This document shows positions 36,339 to 52,276 of a stretch of 64,000 bases of DNA, in pieces. Source of the stretch: the human T2T-CHM13v2.0 reference genome, Homo sapiens. The notes beneath the pieces were generated by a model that saw only the letters and a list, made by a program, of their open reading frames with translations, did no database searches and was not told the DNA's origin. The translations under genes were made by a program, and so were the position numbers. The DNA is taken from the NCBI RefSeq assembly GCF_009914755.1, contig NC_060944.1; one strand, given 5' to 3'. Each line of letters opens with the position of its first letter. Position 1 is the first letter of the stretch.

Positions 36339-38376
36339 CTTCAACTACTGATCCACAGGAGTTGGTGTATAAATACCCCAGCTCCCTCGCCCCTCAGATG
36401 GGACCATTTTGAGATATATATGTTGCACCATTTCCCAGAGTCCAGGTGAGATGAAGCTCCAGTTGTCCAAAGTGTAACTGATTGGATAATATACCCATAT
36501 GCTCTGTCCCTTCCCCATCTCAATTCTCTCCCCTGTTAATGGCGTTTCCCAGGGTGACTTCCCAAAACCACTGCATGCACTTGAATCCTTGTCTCAGGGC
36601 CTGCTTTTAGGACAACTGAACCAAGAGACCTATGCGTCCTTCCTTTTTCCCCCTCTTCTCTGTGGAAACATAGAATGTTCTGCACACACTTGGAAGTCTG
36701 AGCATACCCTCTAAGGAGAGACCCCTGACTCCCAGCATTCCCCTGGGACGGAGGTCTGTAGGGTGGTAATTGCCAGCCAGCGCTAGGAGGACTGGATCTG
36801 AAATGGGCTTGGCTGTGTTTCTGTAATCTCTGCACCTTGAGTGGAAAAATAATTGGTAGACACCTTTCTTGGCCATTAATTCTTTACAGCCAACACTGAG
36901 CCCTTGAGGCAAAAACTGATTGTCTGCAGTTACTGCCTGCCTGGTCCTGAATTCAGAACAGGAAGCCTGACTCTCCCCCACCCTTTATTACAGACAACCA
37001 CTCCTCCCTCTTGCAGAGATGAGATGCCCTCCCTCACTTCCTCCCAGAGTCCAAGAGGGGCCAGAGAAGGCTGGTTGTACAGATTGGAGGAGACATAAAT
37101 GCCCCTCAAGCCAGAGGAACTAAGGGTTGAGAGCCATGAGTTAAAAATCATGGAAGGCATAGCCTTTATTCATGCTTTCTTTTTTAAAAATATTTTTCAT
37201 CATGCACACTTTTTGCCCATTAATACCCACACAACAACTTATGCAGTAGATGTTACTCTTAACACCCATTTTATAGATGAAGAGGCTCAGAGAAAAAGAG
37301 GGGCTTAGCCCAGGCCACATAGAGAATAAACTGATTTGGACACAGGTCTGTCTGACTCCAAACACCATTCTCTTCTTCATGCTATAGGTTGTTTTTCTCC
37401 CTTCAGTAAACGTTTCTTGAGCACCTACATGTCCCACGCCCCATGCTGGCCTGAAGGAGGACACAAAGATAGGTAAGAACCATTTGTTCCCTTCAGGAGG
37501 AAGAGATAAAATCTCCCCAGTTCTTCCCATTTCTGCCCATTCCCTATACAGAGGGTCAGCATTTGCTTGTTGTTTTTTGTTTTTTGTTTTAGACAGTCTC
37601 GATCTGTTGCTCAGGCTGCAGTGGCATGATCTTGGCTCACTGCAACCTCCCCCTCCCAGTTCAAGTGATTCTCCTGCCTCAGCCTCCTGGGTAGCTGGGA
37701 CTACAGATGCCTGCCACCACGCCTGGCTAATTTTTGTATTTTTAGTAGAGACGGAGTTTCACCATTTTGGCCAGGCTAGTCTCGAACTCCTGACCTCATG
37801 TGATCTGCCCCCCTCAGCCTCCCAAAGTGCTGGGGTCACAGGCGTGAGCCACCACGCCCACTCAGCATCTATTTTTATAAGATGTATATATTGCCTATAG
37901 CAGCTTTAATGCTACAAATTTGAGTAGGTGTAGCAGAGACCATGTGGCCCACAAAGCTGAAATATTGGCTGCCTGGCCCTTTACAGGAAAAGTTTGCCAA
38001 CTCCTGGTCCACACCGTGCCAGGCACTGACGATGCACCACCACACTTACTTCTCAACTCGACTCTGGAAGGTGTCCTACTACGATGTCCATGCTACAGAT
38101 GAGAAATGAGGCTCAGAGGCAGGAGATGGCTTGTCCCATTGCTGGAAAGGTACAAAGTTGGATAATTCCAAAGCCCACCACGGCTCCAAGCCACATAAAA
38201 AATGTTGATGGCCAATGTTTTGAAACATTAGCATTCACTCTTGAAAGAGCTCACAACCGGCCAGCGCAGTAGCTCACGCCTGTAATCCCAGCACCTTGGG
38301 AGGCCAAGGTGGGCAGATCATGATTTTAGGAGATCAAGACCATCCTGGCTAATACGGTGAAATCCCATCTGTACTA

Positions 38377-38599
<223 letters not shown>

Positions 38600-39160
38600 C
38601 TATCCCCATAGTCCCCACTCTGCAAACACCTACATCTGCCATGTTGTCTTAGAGAGACCTGAACCTGGTCAGGTCCCCAGTCCTGCACGGGTGCCCTTCT
38701 CCTACAGGCACCAGAAGACCTTTCACTGTGGTGAACAGGCATTCATGAGTTCATCCAAAATCTGAGGCTGGTGTCATGATCTTCTGTTACTCAGTCTTTG
38801 TGGGAGGGCAGGTTCACATCTGAAGGAGGAGCTGAAAGTTGGCTGGAGTGCACCACATGGCAAAAGTGGCCCGTTTATGAGAAGCTCCTTAAACTTGGTC
38901 TTTGTTTTTCTCTACTCCTGTGAGACAGGTAAGATGCTTAAATCTACACTTTTTTTTTTTTTTTTAAGAGACAGGTTCTTGCTCTCTTGCCCAGGCCGGA
39001 GTGCAATACCACGATCCTAGCTCACTGCAGGCTTGAACTCCTGGGATCAAGCGATACTCCCACATAGCTGGGACTACAGGTGCCCGCCACCATGCCCAGC
39101 TATTTTTTTTTTGTTTGTTCGTTTGTTTGTTTTTGGTAGAGATGAGGTTGTGCTGTATAG

Positions 39161-39571
<411 letters not shown>

Positions 39572-39609
39572 TGACTACATTAACTAGTTCTTATCAGGAG
39601 CTGACTGCC

Positions 39610-40088
39610 TTTAGCATACACAATTTGCACTGTTGTCCTCCCAGCACTCACCTTCACAAGCCAAAGGCTTGCTCGCAACTCCTACCTCCCAGCCCTGGGG
39701 CTTCTTAATTTCTGGCTGTGGAAGAAGATTCAGCCAATCAAGCAAGCAGGAAATGCCAGAGTGAACACTCCTGGAAGCAAGCTTCAACCAAGGGCAGCTG
39801 GGCAGTTAACGTATGAACACCCAGCTTTCTCCCTGCTTGGCTGGGAGGCCATCCTCTCCCCTCTGTCCGAGGTGTGTTCTGCCCCGTCTCCCAGAGTTCA
39901 CAGAGGCATGAAGCTCCAGTTGCTCTGGGCTGTCCTCATCCCACAAACACATTGGCTGACTTCCTCCCATTCCCTGTCTCACATCTTCTCCTACTGGTGC
40001 TTGCTGGGATCACCTCCCAAATCAACTACTTGTAAAATAATACTGAGAATCTTGTCTCAGAGGCTGCTTCTGGAAAAATTCAGAGACA
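39610..40088 (+). mobile_element. LTR16-like ERVL LTR
   Basis: CACCTCCCAAATCAACTACTTG..AATCTTGTCTCAGAGGCTGCTTCTGG 3' end. Confidence 0.65.
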
Positions 40089-40480
40089 AGCACCAAGAGT
40101 TCTTCATGCCCTCTCACCTGATCCTGACACTGCCCCGGGAGCCAGCTTCATCCCCATTTTTCTGAGGTGTCGGCTGAGGGGCTCACAGAGGTAAAGCAAG
40201 CAGAACCCCAGCCTGCTAGGCATTAGCAAGGGCCAGAGGGCTCAAGAAAAGGTCCTGCATCAGGCATGGTGGCTCACGTATATAATCCCAGCACTTTGGG
40301 AGGCCAAGGCAGGCGGATTACTTGAGTCCAGGAGTTCGAGAGCAGCCTGGGCAACATGGCAAAACCCTGTCTCTACAAAAAAAATCAGCCAGGCACGGTG
40401 GCTCATGCCTGTAATCCCAGCACCTTGGGAGGCCGAGGTGGGTGGATCATGAGGTCAGGAGATCGAGACCATCCTGGCTA

Positions 40481-40878
<398 letters not shown>

Positions 40879-41450
40879 TCATCACAGAGTGAAACTGTCC
40901 CAAACCGAGGCTACACTCCAACCTTCCAGCTCTTTCTGCTCCAGGTCCAGCTCCCACCTCCCATGTAGCCATCCTCTATCCAAGAAGATGGCTGTAATGG
41001 GACCAGAATCAGCCTGTCATAAAAGATGGAGAACTAAGAGCTCTCCATAAAAATGATCTCCATGGCAAAATTAGGAGGGAAAAACAGCATGGATGAAAGT
41101 TGCATTTATTAAATAATAATCGCGAACGCTCACTTCATGCCTACTGTATGCTAGCTGCTGTTCCAAGTGTTTTACAATGAAATAAATTTTTAAAATTTTT
41201 GCACAACTCTTTGAGATAGGCACTATTGCTTTCTTCATTTTACAGTCAAGGAACTGAGGCACGAGAAAGTTATGAAGTTTGTCCAGGGTCATAAAGCTAG
41301 CAGATGAGGGAACTAGACTCAGGCAGTATAACTCCAGCTACAGTCATTACAATGAGCCACACAACGCAGTGGGTCAAGGAGGAGCCACTCACACAAAGAT
41401 CGTCCCATAAGATTATAACCGTATTTTCAACATACTTTTCTATGTTTAGA

Positions 41451-42215
<765 letters not shown>

Positions 42216-42607
42216 CATCCATACACAGACACTTCCCACTGTGTTACCATCGTCTATGTTATGGGGTCAGTTGCATGCTGCAGTTTGTAGCCTAGGGGTG
42301 GCAGGCTGCACCAGCCCTAGTGTGTGGGAGGCTATCCCATCTAGGGATGTATAGTGGACTCTATGATGTTCACACAGGGTTGAAATCACCTAATACAACT
42401 TTTCTCAGAACATATCCCCGTCTTTAAGGGACACACGGCTGTACTCCCAACCCTCTTCCCCATAGGGTGCCTGTGGCACAAAGTGGGTTCTCTCAATGAT
42501 CCGTTGAGAGACACTGTGGCACTGCGGGAGACAGCGTCCCCTACAGGCCTGGAGGTCCCAGTTTTCGGTTTTGTTCAGATGCGAAGGAAGTTCTGGCATC
42601 TGCCTAG

Positions 42608-42817
<210 letters not shown>

Positions 42818-42979
42818 TAGCCAGGCTGGTCTCAAACTCCTGACCCTCAAGTGATCCGCCCACCTCAGCCTCCCAAAGTGCTGGGATTACAGGCATGAGC
42901 CACTGCACCGGGCCTTAGGGTGGGATGAAAGAGGCTTAACCAAGGCTCTGAGGACAAAAACATGGGATGACCTTCTTAG

Positions 42980-43314
<335 letters not shown>

Positions 43315-44872
43315 TAATTTACATATGGTAAAGTGCACCTATTTTAAGTAGACAGTTCAATGAGTTTTGACAAATATATACGTTTGTGTAGACATCGCAA
43401 TAATCATGATCTGGAACATTTCCCTCACTCCTTCCTGCCTCTCGACAGTCAATTCCCTCCTCCAGTCGCCAGCTGGGGCAGCCACTTATCTGCTTGCTGT
43501 CCCTTCAGTTCCACCTTTCCTAGTGTGGTCCCCTGAGCATCTGCCTCTCGGCTCTGCAGGAGGATTTTAACACGCAGGGCCCCAGGCCCTGCATGCACCC
43601 AGGGAGCCTGATGCTGATGATGGGACCCACATATCCGTGTTTCAGTGGTGCTCGCCAATGCCTGAGACCACTGCCTTGGGACTGCGATTTTTGGATGGCC
43701 CACCTGGGCCTGTCTCATCTGGTTATGTCCCCTGAGATGAGCACTGTGCCCGGGCTAGTTGGGGTGCCTGAAAACAACTCATTTCCCCTCACTCTCCAAG
43801 GAGGTACATTCTGTACCTCTGCCATGTGGCAGACCCGCTCAGCTTTTCCTGCCTGTGACATTAGAGGGCCACCATGTGAGGCAGCTTTTGCTACCAGAAT
43901 AAGGGCTGCAGTGAAAAGCACATGCACCCCCGAGGCAATCAGGAACATGCTTCCATTATATCTGTCCAGATGACAGCATGTGGAACTAATGATGAGTAAA
44001 AGGTCTGCAAGCCACAGCCTGGCCAGGCCGGAAACCTGCATGCACCAGCTTCAGGAAAGATCTGAGAGGGGACCTCAGTGCTGCTTCCTGCAGGATTCTG
44101 ACAGGCTTGAAGACAATGCTGCTAACTGAAGTATGCTGTGGGCTGTAACTGTCTCTGATCTTCCCCATGGCCTCATGCTCTTCACCTGACATGTGGCCAA
44201 CTAGGATTTTCCTCATCAACTTTTTTTTTTTTTTTTGAGACAGAGTTTCACTCTTGTGCCCAGGCTGGAGTACAATGGTGCAGTCTCAGCTCCCTGCTAC
44301 CTCTATCTCTTGGGTTCAAGCCATTCTCCTGCCTCAGCCTCCTAAGGAGCTGGGATTACAGGTGCCTGCCACCATGCCTGGCTAATTTTTGTATTTTTAG
44401 TAGAGACGGGGTTTCACCAAGTTGGCCAGGCTGGTCTCGAACTCCTTACCTCAGGTGATCCGCCCACCTCAGCCTCCCAAAAGTGCTGGGAATACAGGTG
44501 TGAGCCACCACACCTGGCATTCTCATCAGCATTTCTATTTCACCACTGCCCCGGAAACCCGGGCAATGATCCTGAGTCTACCCACCAGTACCTACTGGAT
44601 TTCCATTCTGCTGACTGGCCTGCTTCCACATTTGCCACAATGGACAATTTCAAAAGCTTCTTTTTTTTTTTTTTTTTTTTAAGAGATGGGGTCTTGTCTA
44701 GGTACAATGGCTCACACCTGTAATCCCAGCACTTTTGGAGGCCAAGGTGGGCACATCACTTGAGGTCAGGAGTTCAAGACCAGCCTGGCCAACATGGTGA
44801 AATCCCTGTCTCTACTAAAAATACAAAAATTAGTTGGGCATGATGGCGCATACCTGTAGTCCCAGCTACTCA

Positions 44873-45040
<168 letters not shown>

Positions 45041-45382
45041 CTAGACTCAAGTAAGCCTCCTGCTCCAGCCTCCCAAGCAGCTGGGACTATGGGCACTCAT
45101 CACCCTTCCCAGCTTTTTCCAGGAGCTTCTTGATTCCAATCTGGCTCCAAGCAGCAGGAGAAGTAGGACTGAGTGAGGAATTGGGCTCCAGCCACCACCA
45201 AAGGCCGCAGCTCTTACCTGGCGTAGAGAACAACAAACTGTGGCACCAACAGTCATATCCAGACAAGTCCAGGAAGGCCAAGGTCAGCTCTGAGGGCCAC
45301 ACATGAAACTGAGCACGTCAGCAGTGAGCAGCCAGAAGGATGAACAGACTTGAAACCAGATCACAGGAGGGATATCTGGGGA

Positions 45383-45787
45383 TGTGTTAGTCCATTCTCA
45401 CACTGCTATAAAGATAATACTGAGACTGAGTAATTCATAAAGAAAAGAGTTTTAATTGACTCGTGGTTCTGCATGGCAGGGGAGGCCTCAGGAAACTTAC
45501 AATCATGGCAGAAGGTGAAGGGGAAGCAGGCACGTCTTACCTGGCAGCAGGAGAGAGAGAGAAGAGAGAGAGAGGGGAGAAAGCAGGGAGAGGGAGAGGG
45601 AGAGGGAGAGACAGGGAGGGAGAGAGAGGGAGAGAGGAAGGAAGGGAGAGAGGGAGAGAGAGGAAGGGAGAGGGAGAAAGGGAGGGAGGGAGAGAGGGAG
45701 GGAGGGAGGGAGAGGGAGGGAGGGAGAGAGGGAGGGAGGGAGGGAGAGAGGGAGGGAGGGAGAGAGGGAGGGAGGGAGAGAGAGATC

Positions 45788-45821
<34 letters not shown>

Positions 45822-46008
45822 GAGAGCACAAAAGAGAAACTGCCACTTATAAACCATTAGATCTCATGAGAACTCCCTCACTATCACGAGAACAGCATGG
45901 GGGAAACCACCCCCGTGACCCAATTGTCTCCCACCAGGTGCCTCCCTCCACGGGGGGATTACAATTTGAGATGAGATTTGGGTGGAGACACAGAGCCTAA
46001 CCATATCA
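45383..46008 (-). mobile_element. MST-type MaLR LTR with expanded internal GA/GGGA tract (45550-45830)
   Basis: TGTGTTAGTCCATTCTCACACTGCTATAAAG...CACAGAGCCTAACCATATCA; flanking GGGA duplication. Confidence 0.88.
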
Positions 46009-46808
46009 GGGAGACTATGGGCATTTAGCCAGAAGAGAGGACATGAATAGAGCATCTGAGTGCTGACCCCAACATCTGAAAGACCCATTTGTGGGAAACA
46101 GATGTATTTGCACAGCCTCGGGCACAGCCAGGACCAGTGGGTAGACAATTCAAGGAAGGCAATTGTTTATATAAAGAATTAATAACACACAGTGAAAGAT
46201 GTCCAACAATGGACTTGGACCCCCAGTTAAACAGTGAACTCTCCAACAGGGGTGTAGCCAAGTGAGGGCCAGAAAACTTCTAGGTGAATAAGAGGCTTGA
46301 CAATTAGAAGACTTGGATTCGGGGACCTTCAAGAACCTTCTATCAATAGCTGTGAGCTTCTTTCAGGCAGGAATGAGCCGCTGTTAATTTTTCTGCCACC
46401 GTAATCACACTGATAGCCACCAGGTGGCAACAAAGCCACACCTTCAGCACCATGGGTCATGTCCTAGCCAACAGAAAACCCATTGGAAAACAAGCCCCCT
46501 GCCCCCTCAACCAAACCATAAACAACTAATTGATTCAGATTAATTAACATTTCTGGACAAAGACTGTAAATCAAGTTCTCAACTGAGCGTGGTGTAATCC
46601 CAGCACTTCGGGAGGCCGAGGTGGGCAAATCACAAGGTCAGAAGTTTGAGACCAGCCTGGCCAACATGGTAAAACCCCAACTCTACTAAAAATACAAAAA
46701 TTAGCCAGGAGTGATGGCACACGCCTGTAATCCTAGCTACTCAGGAGGCTGAGACAGGAGAATTGCTTGAACCCAGGAGGCAGAGGTTGCAGTGAGACAG
46801 GAGCATCA

Positions 46809-46955
<147 letters not shown>

Positions 46956-47979
46956 TTATCAGTAGAGCTTTAGTTACCAGCATGACCCAGAGGGCTCTAG
47001 GTGAAGTGTGTAATTGTAATTTTCTTTAGAGATTTATCATCTTTTTTGTTTTAATTTTCCGGTGAAGTACAACATGCATACAGTAGCATGCACAAATCAT
47101 CAGCACACAGCTCAGCGCCTCTTCATAAACAGAGCACCCCCGTACCCAGCTCAAGAAACAAAATGTGATCAGAATTCCAGCAGCCCCTCATACCCCTTCC
47201 TAGCCCTCCCCTCCCTAGGTTACGGTGACAGCCACTACCAGCTTTCAGCTTTAATGGACACCACCATGCAGCTTTCCAAAGTGATTGTGCCAATTTACAC
47301 TGCCAACAACAATCTGAGAGTTCCAGTGGCTCCAGAGCCACACTGGAATTTTCTGTTTGGATAAGTCTTGGCGGAGGAAATGTGGGATCTGGTGAGGACA
47401 TCCTTGCTCCCCTCTGAAGGTGGTGTGTCTGGGCAGCACTAACCAGAAGGTGGAAGATTCCATCCCACCAGCACATCCTGGTGAACCCATCAGCACACTA
47501 ATATCTGCTGAATGGAGAGTCTCGCTTCACGTGCTCTGCACAATGTCCCAGAGTGGCGCTGCTCTCAATTAGCACTTACTATGTGTGCTGCAGTTTTGTT
47601 TTTGTTTTGTTTTGTTTTTAGAGATAGGGTCTCACTCTGTCACCCAGGCTGGAGTGCATTAGCTCACTGCAGCCTTGAAACCCTGGTTTCAAGCACCTTT
47701 CTGCCTCAGCCTCCCAGGTAGCTGGGACTACAGGTATGTGCTATTGTGTCTAGCTGTATGTGGACTTTTCTTTTTTTTTTTTCTTTTTTCTTTTTTTTTT
47801 TTTGAGATGAAGTCTTGCTCACTCTATCGCCCAGGTTGGAGTGCAGTGCTGTGATCTTGGCTCATTGCACTGCAACCCGTGCCTCCCCAGTTCAAGTGAT
47901 TCTCTTCCCTCAGCCTCCTGAGTAGCTGGGATTGCAGGCATGCACCACTACACCCAGCTAATTTTTGTATTTTTACTAG

Positions 47980-48111
<132 letters not shown>

Positions 48112-48424
48112 TAAGGACTGGACATGAAGGTGTAAAAAGACAGACAGCATCCCTGCTCCACTGACACTGACATTCTCGTTGGGGATGGGAGAGGCAGAAA
48201 TACATATCTCGGGTGATGAAAATTTCTACGAAAAAAAGTGGAACAGGGGAAGAAGAGACACAGAGTGCAGGGGAAAAACTCTATTTTTAAATAGGTGGTT
48301 GAGGAGGCGCTTCTGATAACAGTCTGTTTCCTGCTGATATACCACAAACTGGGTAATTTATAATGAAATTAGAATACCACAAACTGGGTAATTTATAATG
48401 AAAAATTTATTTCTCTCCCTCTTT

Positions 48425-48524
48425 AAGGCTAGTCAAGTGACGCAGTGGAAGTGGAGAAGGAACAAAGAAATCTGTAACTGATTGTGATCAATTAGTTGCA
48501 AACATCATTGCACTTGGACCAGCC
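48425..48524 (-). pseudogene. Y3 RNA (RNY3) retropseudogene
   Basis: Reverse complement GGCTGGTCCAAGTGCAATGATGTTTGCAACTAATTGATCACAATCAGTTACAGATTTCTTTGTTCCTTCTCCACTTCCACTGCGTCACTTGACTAGCCTT matches full-length hY3; flanked by repeated AAATTTATTTCT. Confidence 0.95.
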
Positions 48525-49429
48525 AGAAAAGAAATTTATTTCTTACACAAGACAGAGAGGCACCGGGGCCAGACTCGCTTTATAACAATCCACCCTCTCA
48601 ATAACCAACCCACTCCTTCCGTAATAACGACATTAATTCATGAAGGCTCCACCCCCATTCATGATTCAATCGCCTCTTATTAGGCCCCACCTCCCAATAT
48701 CATGCACTGGGGATAAAGTCTCCAACACAGAAATTGTTGAGGGACATGTTCAAGCCACAGCAATAACGTTGAGCAGAAACCAAAAGAAAATGAGGGGAGC
48801 AAATCACAGAAAAATAGTTCCAGATGCAGGGAGCTGTCCCGTGACAAGGCCCTGAGGTCAGTGTATGTTTGGCACATTCAAGAGCTGGTGGGAGAAGGAA
48901 GGGTAAGAAATGCAGGGAGAGTTGGAGGGATGTGACTGTATAGGACCTACCCCCATTGATGTTCAAAAGCAACCGCAAACCCATCCAATACACACATGTG
49001 TAGTCGTATCAAGAGCTGGGGGTTTTAGGCCAGGCAAGGTGGCTCATGCCTGTAATCCCAGCACTTTGAAAGGCCGAGGTGGGCAGATCAGTTGAGTCTA
49101 GGAGTTCGAGACTAGCCTGGGCAACATGGCAAAACCCCATCTCTAAAAAAAATTAGCTGGACGTGGTGGCGCATGCCAGTAGTCCCAGCTACTCAGGAGG
49201 CTGAGGTGGGAAAATTTCCTGAGCCCGGGAGGTGGAGATTGCAGTAAGCCAAGATGGCACCACTGCACTGCAGCCTGGATGACCAAGTGAGACTCTGACT
49301 CAAAAAAAAAAAAAAAGCGGGGTGGGGCGGGGCTTGAGGTGGTGTTATTTACAAAAACAATGGGATCATGCATATATTAAAACTTGCCTTCTTAACAACA
49401 CTCAGAAGCATCATTAGTGGTCAGTCACA

Positions 49430-49670
49430 CAGATTGAGGTAAGCAAACCTCTTCTGTGAAGAGCCAGCGAGGAAATAGTTCAGGCTTTGCAGGCTGGATA
49501 GTCTCTGTTGCAACCACTCAATATAATAACAAATCAAGACTGCTGTTGTAGCTTGAGAGGAGCCATAGACAATGTGTAAATGAATGGGTGATACTGTGTT
49601 CCCACAGAACCTTATTTACAAAACAAGTGGCAGGCCAAGATTTGACTGGGGCCCTAGTTTGCAAAGCTGA
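49430..49670. mobile_element. MER58A DNA transposon
   Basis: GCAAACCTCTTCTGTGAAGAGCCAG..GGCTTTGCAGGC..GTCTCTGTTGCAACCACTCAA..GCCATAGACAATGTGTAAATGAATGGG. Confidence 0.75.
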
Positions 49671-50624
49671 CACATGACGTTACTATGGTTTTCCCAATGC
49701 TGAGAACAGTAGGCATTCGATAAATATTTATTTGAAATGAGAATAATCTTACTTATTTTCATTGTGGAAGAGTATTCCATGGCTTGAATAAGCATCCCTG
49801 GACCTATGATTTTACAAACTGGCCCCTTGTCAAATAGATTTCTAGGATTAAGGTTACTGGGTCAAAGGTTTATGAACTTGCTGTTTGTCAATTAACCACT
49901 ACCTCCCTGAAACCCTTTCCACTCCTAGCTTCTGTGACACCACACTCTTTTCGGGTTTTTTCCTTACCTTTTTAGACACTTCCCAGTTGCCATTCCTAAA
50001 TTTTTGGAAGGGAGGGGGACAGGTCTTCACTCTGTGGCCCAGGCTGGAGAGAAGTCACACAATCACGACTCACTGCAGCCTGAAACACCTGGGCTCAAGT
50101 GATCCTCCTGCCTTTGCCTCCCAAGTAGCTAGGACTACAGGTGCGTGCCGCCATGCCTACTAACATTTTTCTTTCTTTTTTTGACACGTAGTCTCGTTCT
50201 GTCGCCCAGGCTGGAGTGCAGTAGTGCAATCTCTGCTCACTGCGACCTCCACCTCCCGGGTTTAAGCGATTCTCAGTCTCCCGAGCAGCTGGGATTACAG
50301 GCCTGCACCACCACACACGGCTAATTTTTGTGTTTTTAGTGGAGACAGGGTTTCACCATTTTGGCCAGGCTGGTCTCGAACTCCTGACCTCAAGTGATCT
50401 GCCCACCTCGTCCTCCCAAAGTGTTGGGATTACAGGCGTTAGCCACTGTGCCTGGCCTTTTTTCATTTTTTGTATACTTGCTATATTGCCCAGGCTGGTC
50501 TTGAACTCCTGGCCTCCAGAGATCCTCCCACCTCATCCTCCCAAAGCGCTAGGATTACAAGCACAAGTCCCTGCACCCAGCTTCCATTCCTAAATTTAAC
50601 AAAATTTCAGAGTCCCTGTGGTAG

Positions 50625-50876
50625 TGTGTGTGGAATTGGTTCCTTCCGGTGGGTTCTTGGTCTTGCTGACTTCAAGAATGAAGCCGCGGACCCTCGCAGT
50701 GAGTGTTACAGTTCTTAAAGATGGTGTGTCCGGAGTTTCTCCTTCAGATGTTCAGATGTGTCCCGAGTTCCTTCCTTCCAGTGGGTTCGTGGTCTTAAGC
50801 TGCAGACCTTCTGCAGTGAGTGTTACAGCTCTTAAAGGTAGTGCGGACCCAAAGAGTGGGCAGCAGCAAGATTTAT
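50625..50876 (-). mobile_element. LTR12 (ERV9) 3' portion
   Basis: TGTGTGTGGAATTGGTTCCTTCCGGTGGGTTCTTGGTCTTGCTGACTTCAAGAATGAAGCCGCGGACCCTCGCAGTGAGTGTTACAG..GCAGCAGCAAGATTTAT. Confidence 0.92.
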
Positions 50877-52061
50877 ATGTGCATGTATACATAAATATGT
50901 ATAGAGAGAGGCTTAAGTCCATGGAATGTAGTTAGGGAAAGGAGAATTTGACAATGATAACATTTGTTACTCATCAAACTCTCATTTTTAAAAAATTTAT
51001 TAAAATTATTTGCAAGAGTTGAAGCAGGAAATGACACTCTTACGGTATTGGTGGGACTGGACATTGCTTTGGGGAGTTAGTGGGATAGTATTTATTGAAG
51101 GATAGGGAATTCGTTTGTCAAAGAGAAAGATGCAGCTGATATCATCCACTCTTCCTCTCACTTCTCTTTCCCAAAGCCCAGTGGCTACCCCTAACAAAAA
51201 ACCCAAGAGCACTGCTGCGGAAGAGAAAACAGTTTCAAATATCATAATTGAGAGAGGTGCTGGATTGTCACCATTCTGTGGAGTCTTCCTGAGGACCCAA
51301 CTCTGCTGATGTGTTGGGAGAACAACTCAAAGGAGAAATGGTAGATGTGCAGCATGGGAGCTCATATCTTTTCTTATTTCTTTCTTTCCTTTCTCTCCTT
51401 TCTTTTTTAGACAAGAGTCTTGCTCTGTCACCCAGGCTGGAGTGAAGTGGAGCCATCATACCTCACTGCAGCCTTGACCTCCAGGGCTCAAGTGATCCTC
51501 CCACCTCAGTCCCTGGAGTAGCTGGGACTACAAGTATACGCCGCCAGTACTGGCCTTTTTTTTTTTTAAGAGATGGAGTCTTGCTATGTTGTTCAGGCTG
51601 GTCTTGTGCTCCTGGGATCAAGTGATCCCATCTCTGCCTCTCAAGGTGATGGGATTACAGGTGTGAGCCACGGTGCCCGGCAAATCCCCTCTCGTAGCAA
51701 CTCAGGTGTATTTGTATGGAGTGGAGTGAATATAGCAGTAGTTGCTCCAGGAACAGAATCCAGAATTGGAAACTGTCAGTGACAGAGTTAGAAAGAATCA
51801 TGAATCAGATGACTGAAAGATCCTCTGAGGCTCTTCCAACTGGGAGATTGGATTGCATGTTGCCAAGCTAGTCCAAACTTCGTTTTAAAAACTTCCATAG
51901 GCTGGGCATGGTGGCTCATGCCTGTAATCCCAGCACTTTGGGAGGATGAGGCTTGAACTCCTTGAGCCCAGGAGATCAAGATCAGCCTGGGTAACATAGG
52001 GAGACCCTGCCTCTATTTAAAAAAGAAAAGAAAAAAACTTCTGTACAGGATTCATTTGGAA

Positions 52062-52276
52062 TAGCACTTCTCAACCTCAGCTATTGACATTGGGGACCAG
52101 ATAATCCTTCGTGGTGGGGCTGTCCTGTGCCTTGCAGGATGTTTCGTGGCATCCCTGGCCTCTACCCATGAGATACGAGCAGCTCCTTCCCTCCTCCAGC
52201 TGTGACAACCAGAAAGTCTTCAGATATTGACAGATGTCCGCAGGGGGGACAGAACTACCCCCTGTTGAGAACCACT
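52062..52276. mobile_element. MER20 DNA transposon
   Basis: TTCTCAACC...GTTGAGAACCACTG terminal inverted repeats; GCATCCCTGGCCTCTACCCA core. Confidence 0.8.

Noticed and set aside
47366-47570. Possible further exon (LAEEMWDLVRTSLLPSEGGVSGQH*)
   Set aside because: Acceptor is out of phase with the preceding segment and there are three stops in about 60 codons; too weak to include.
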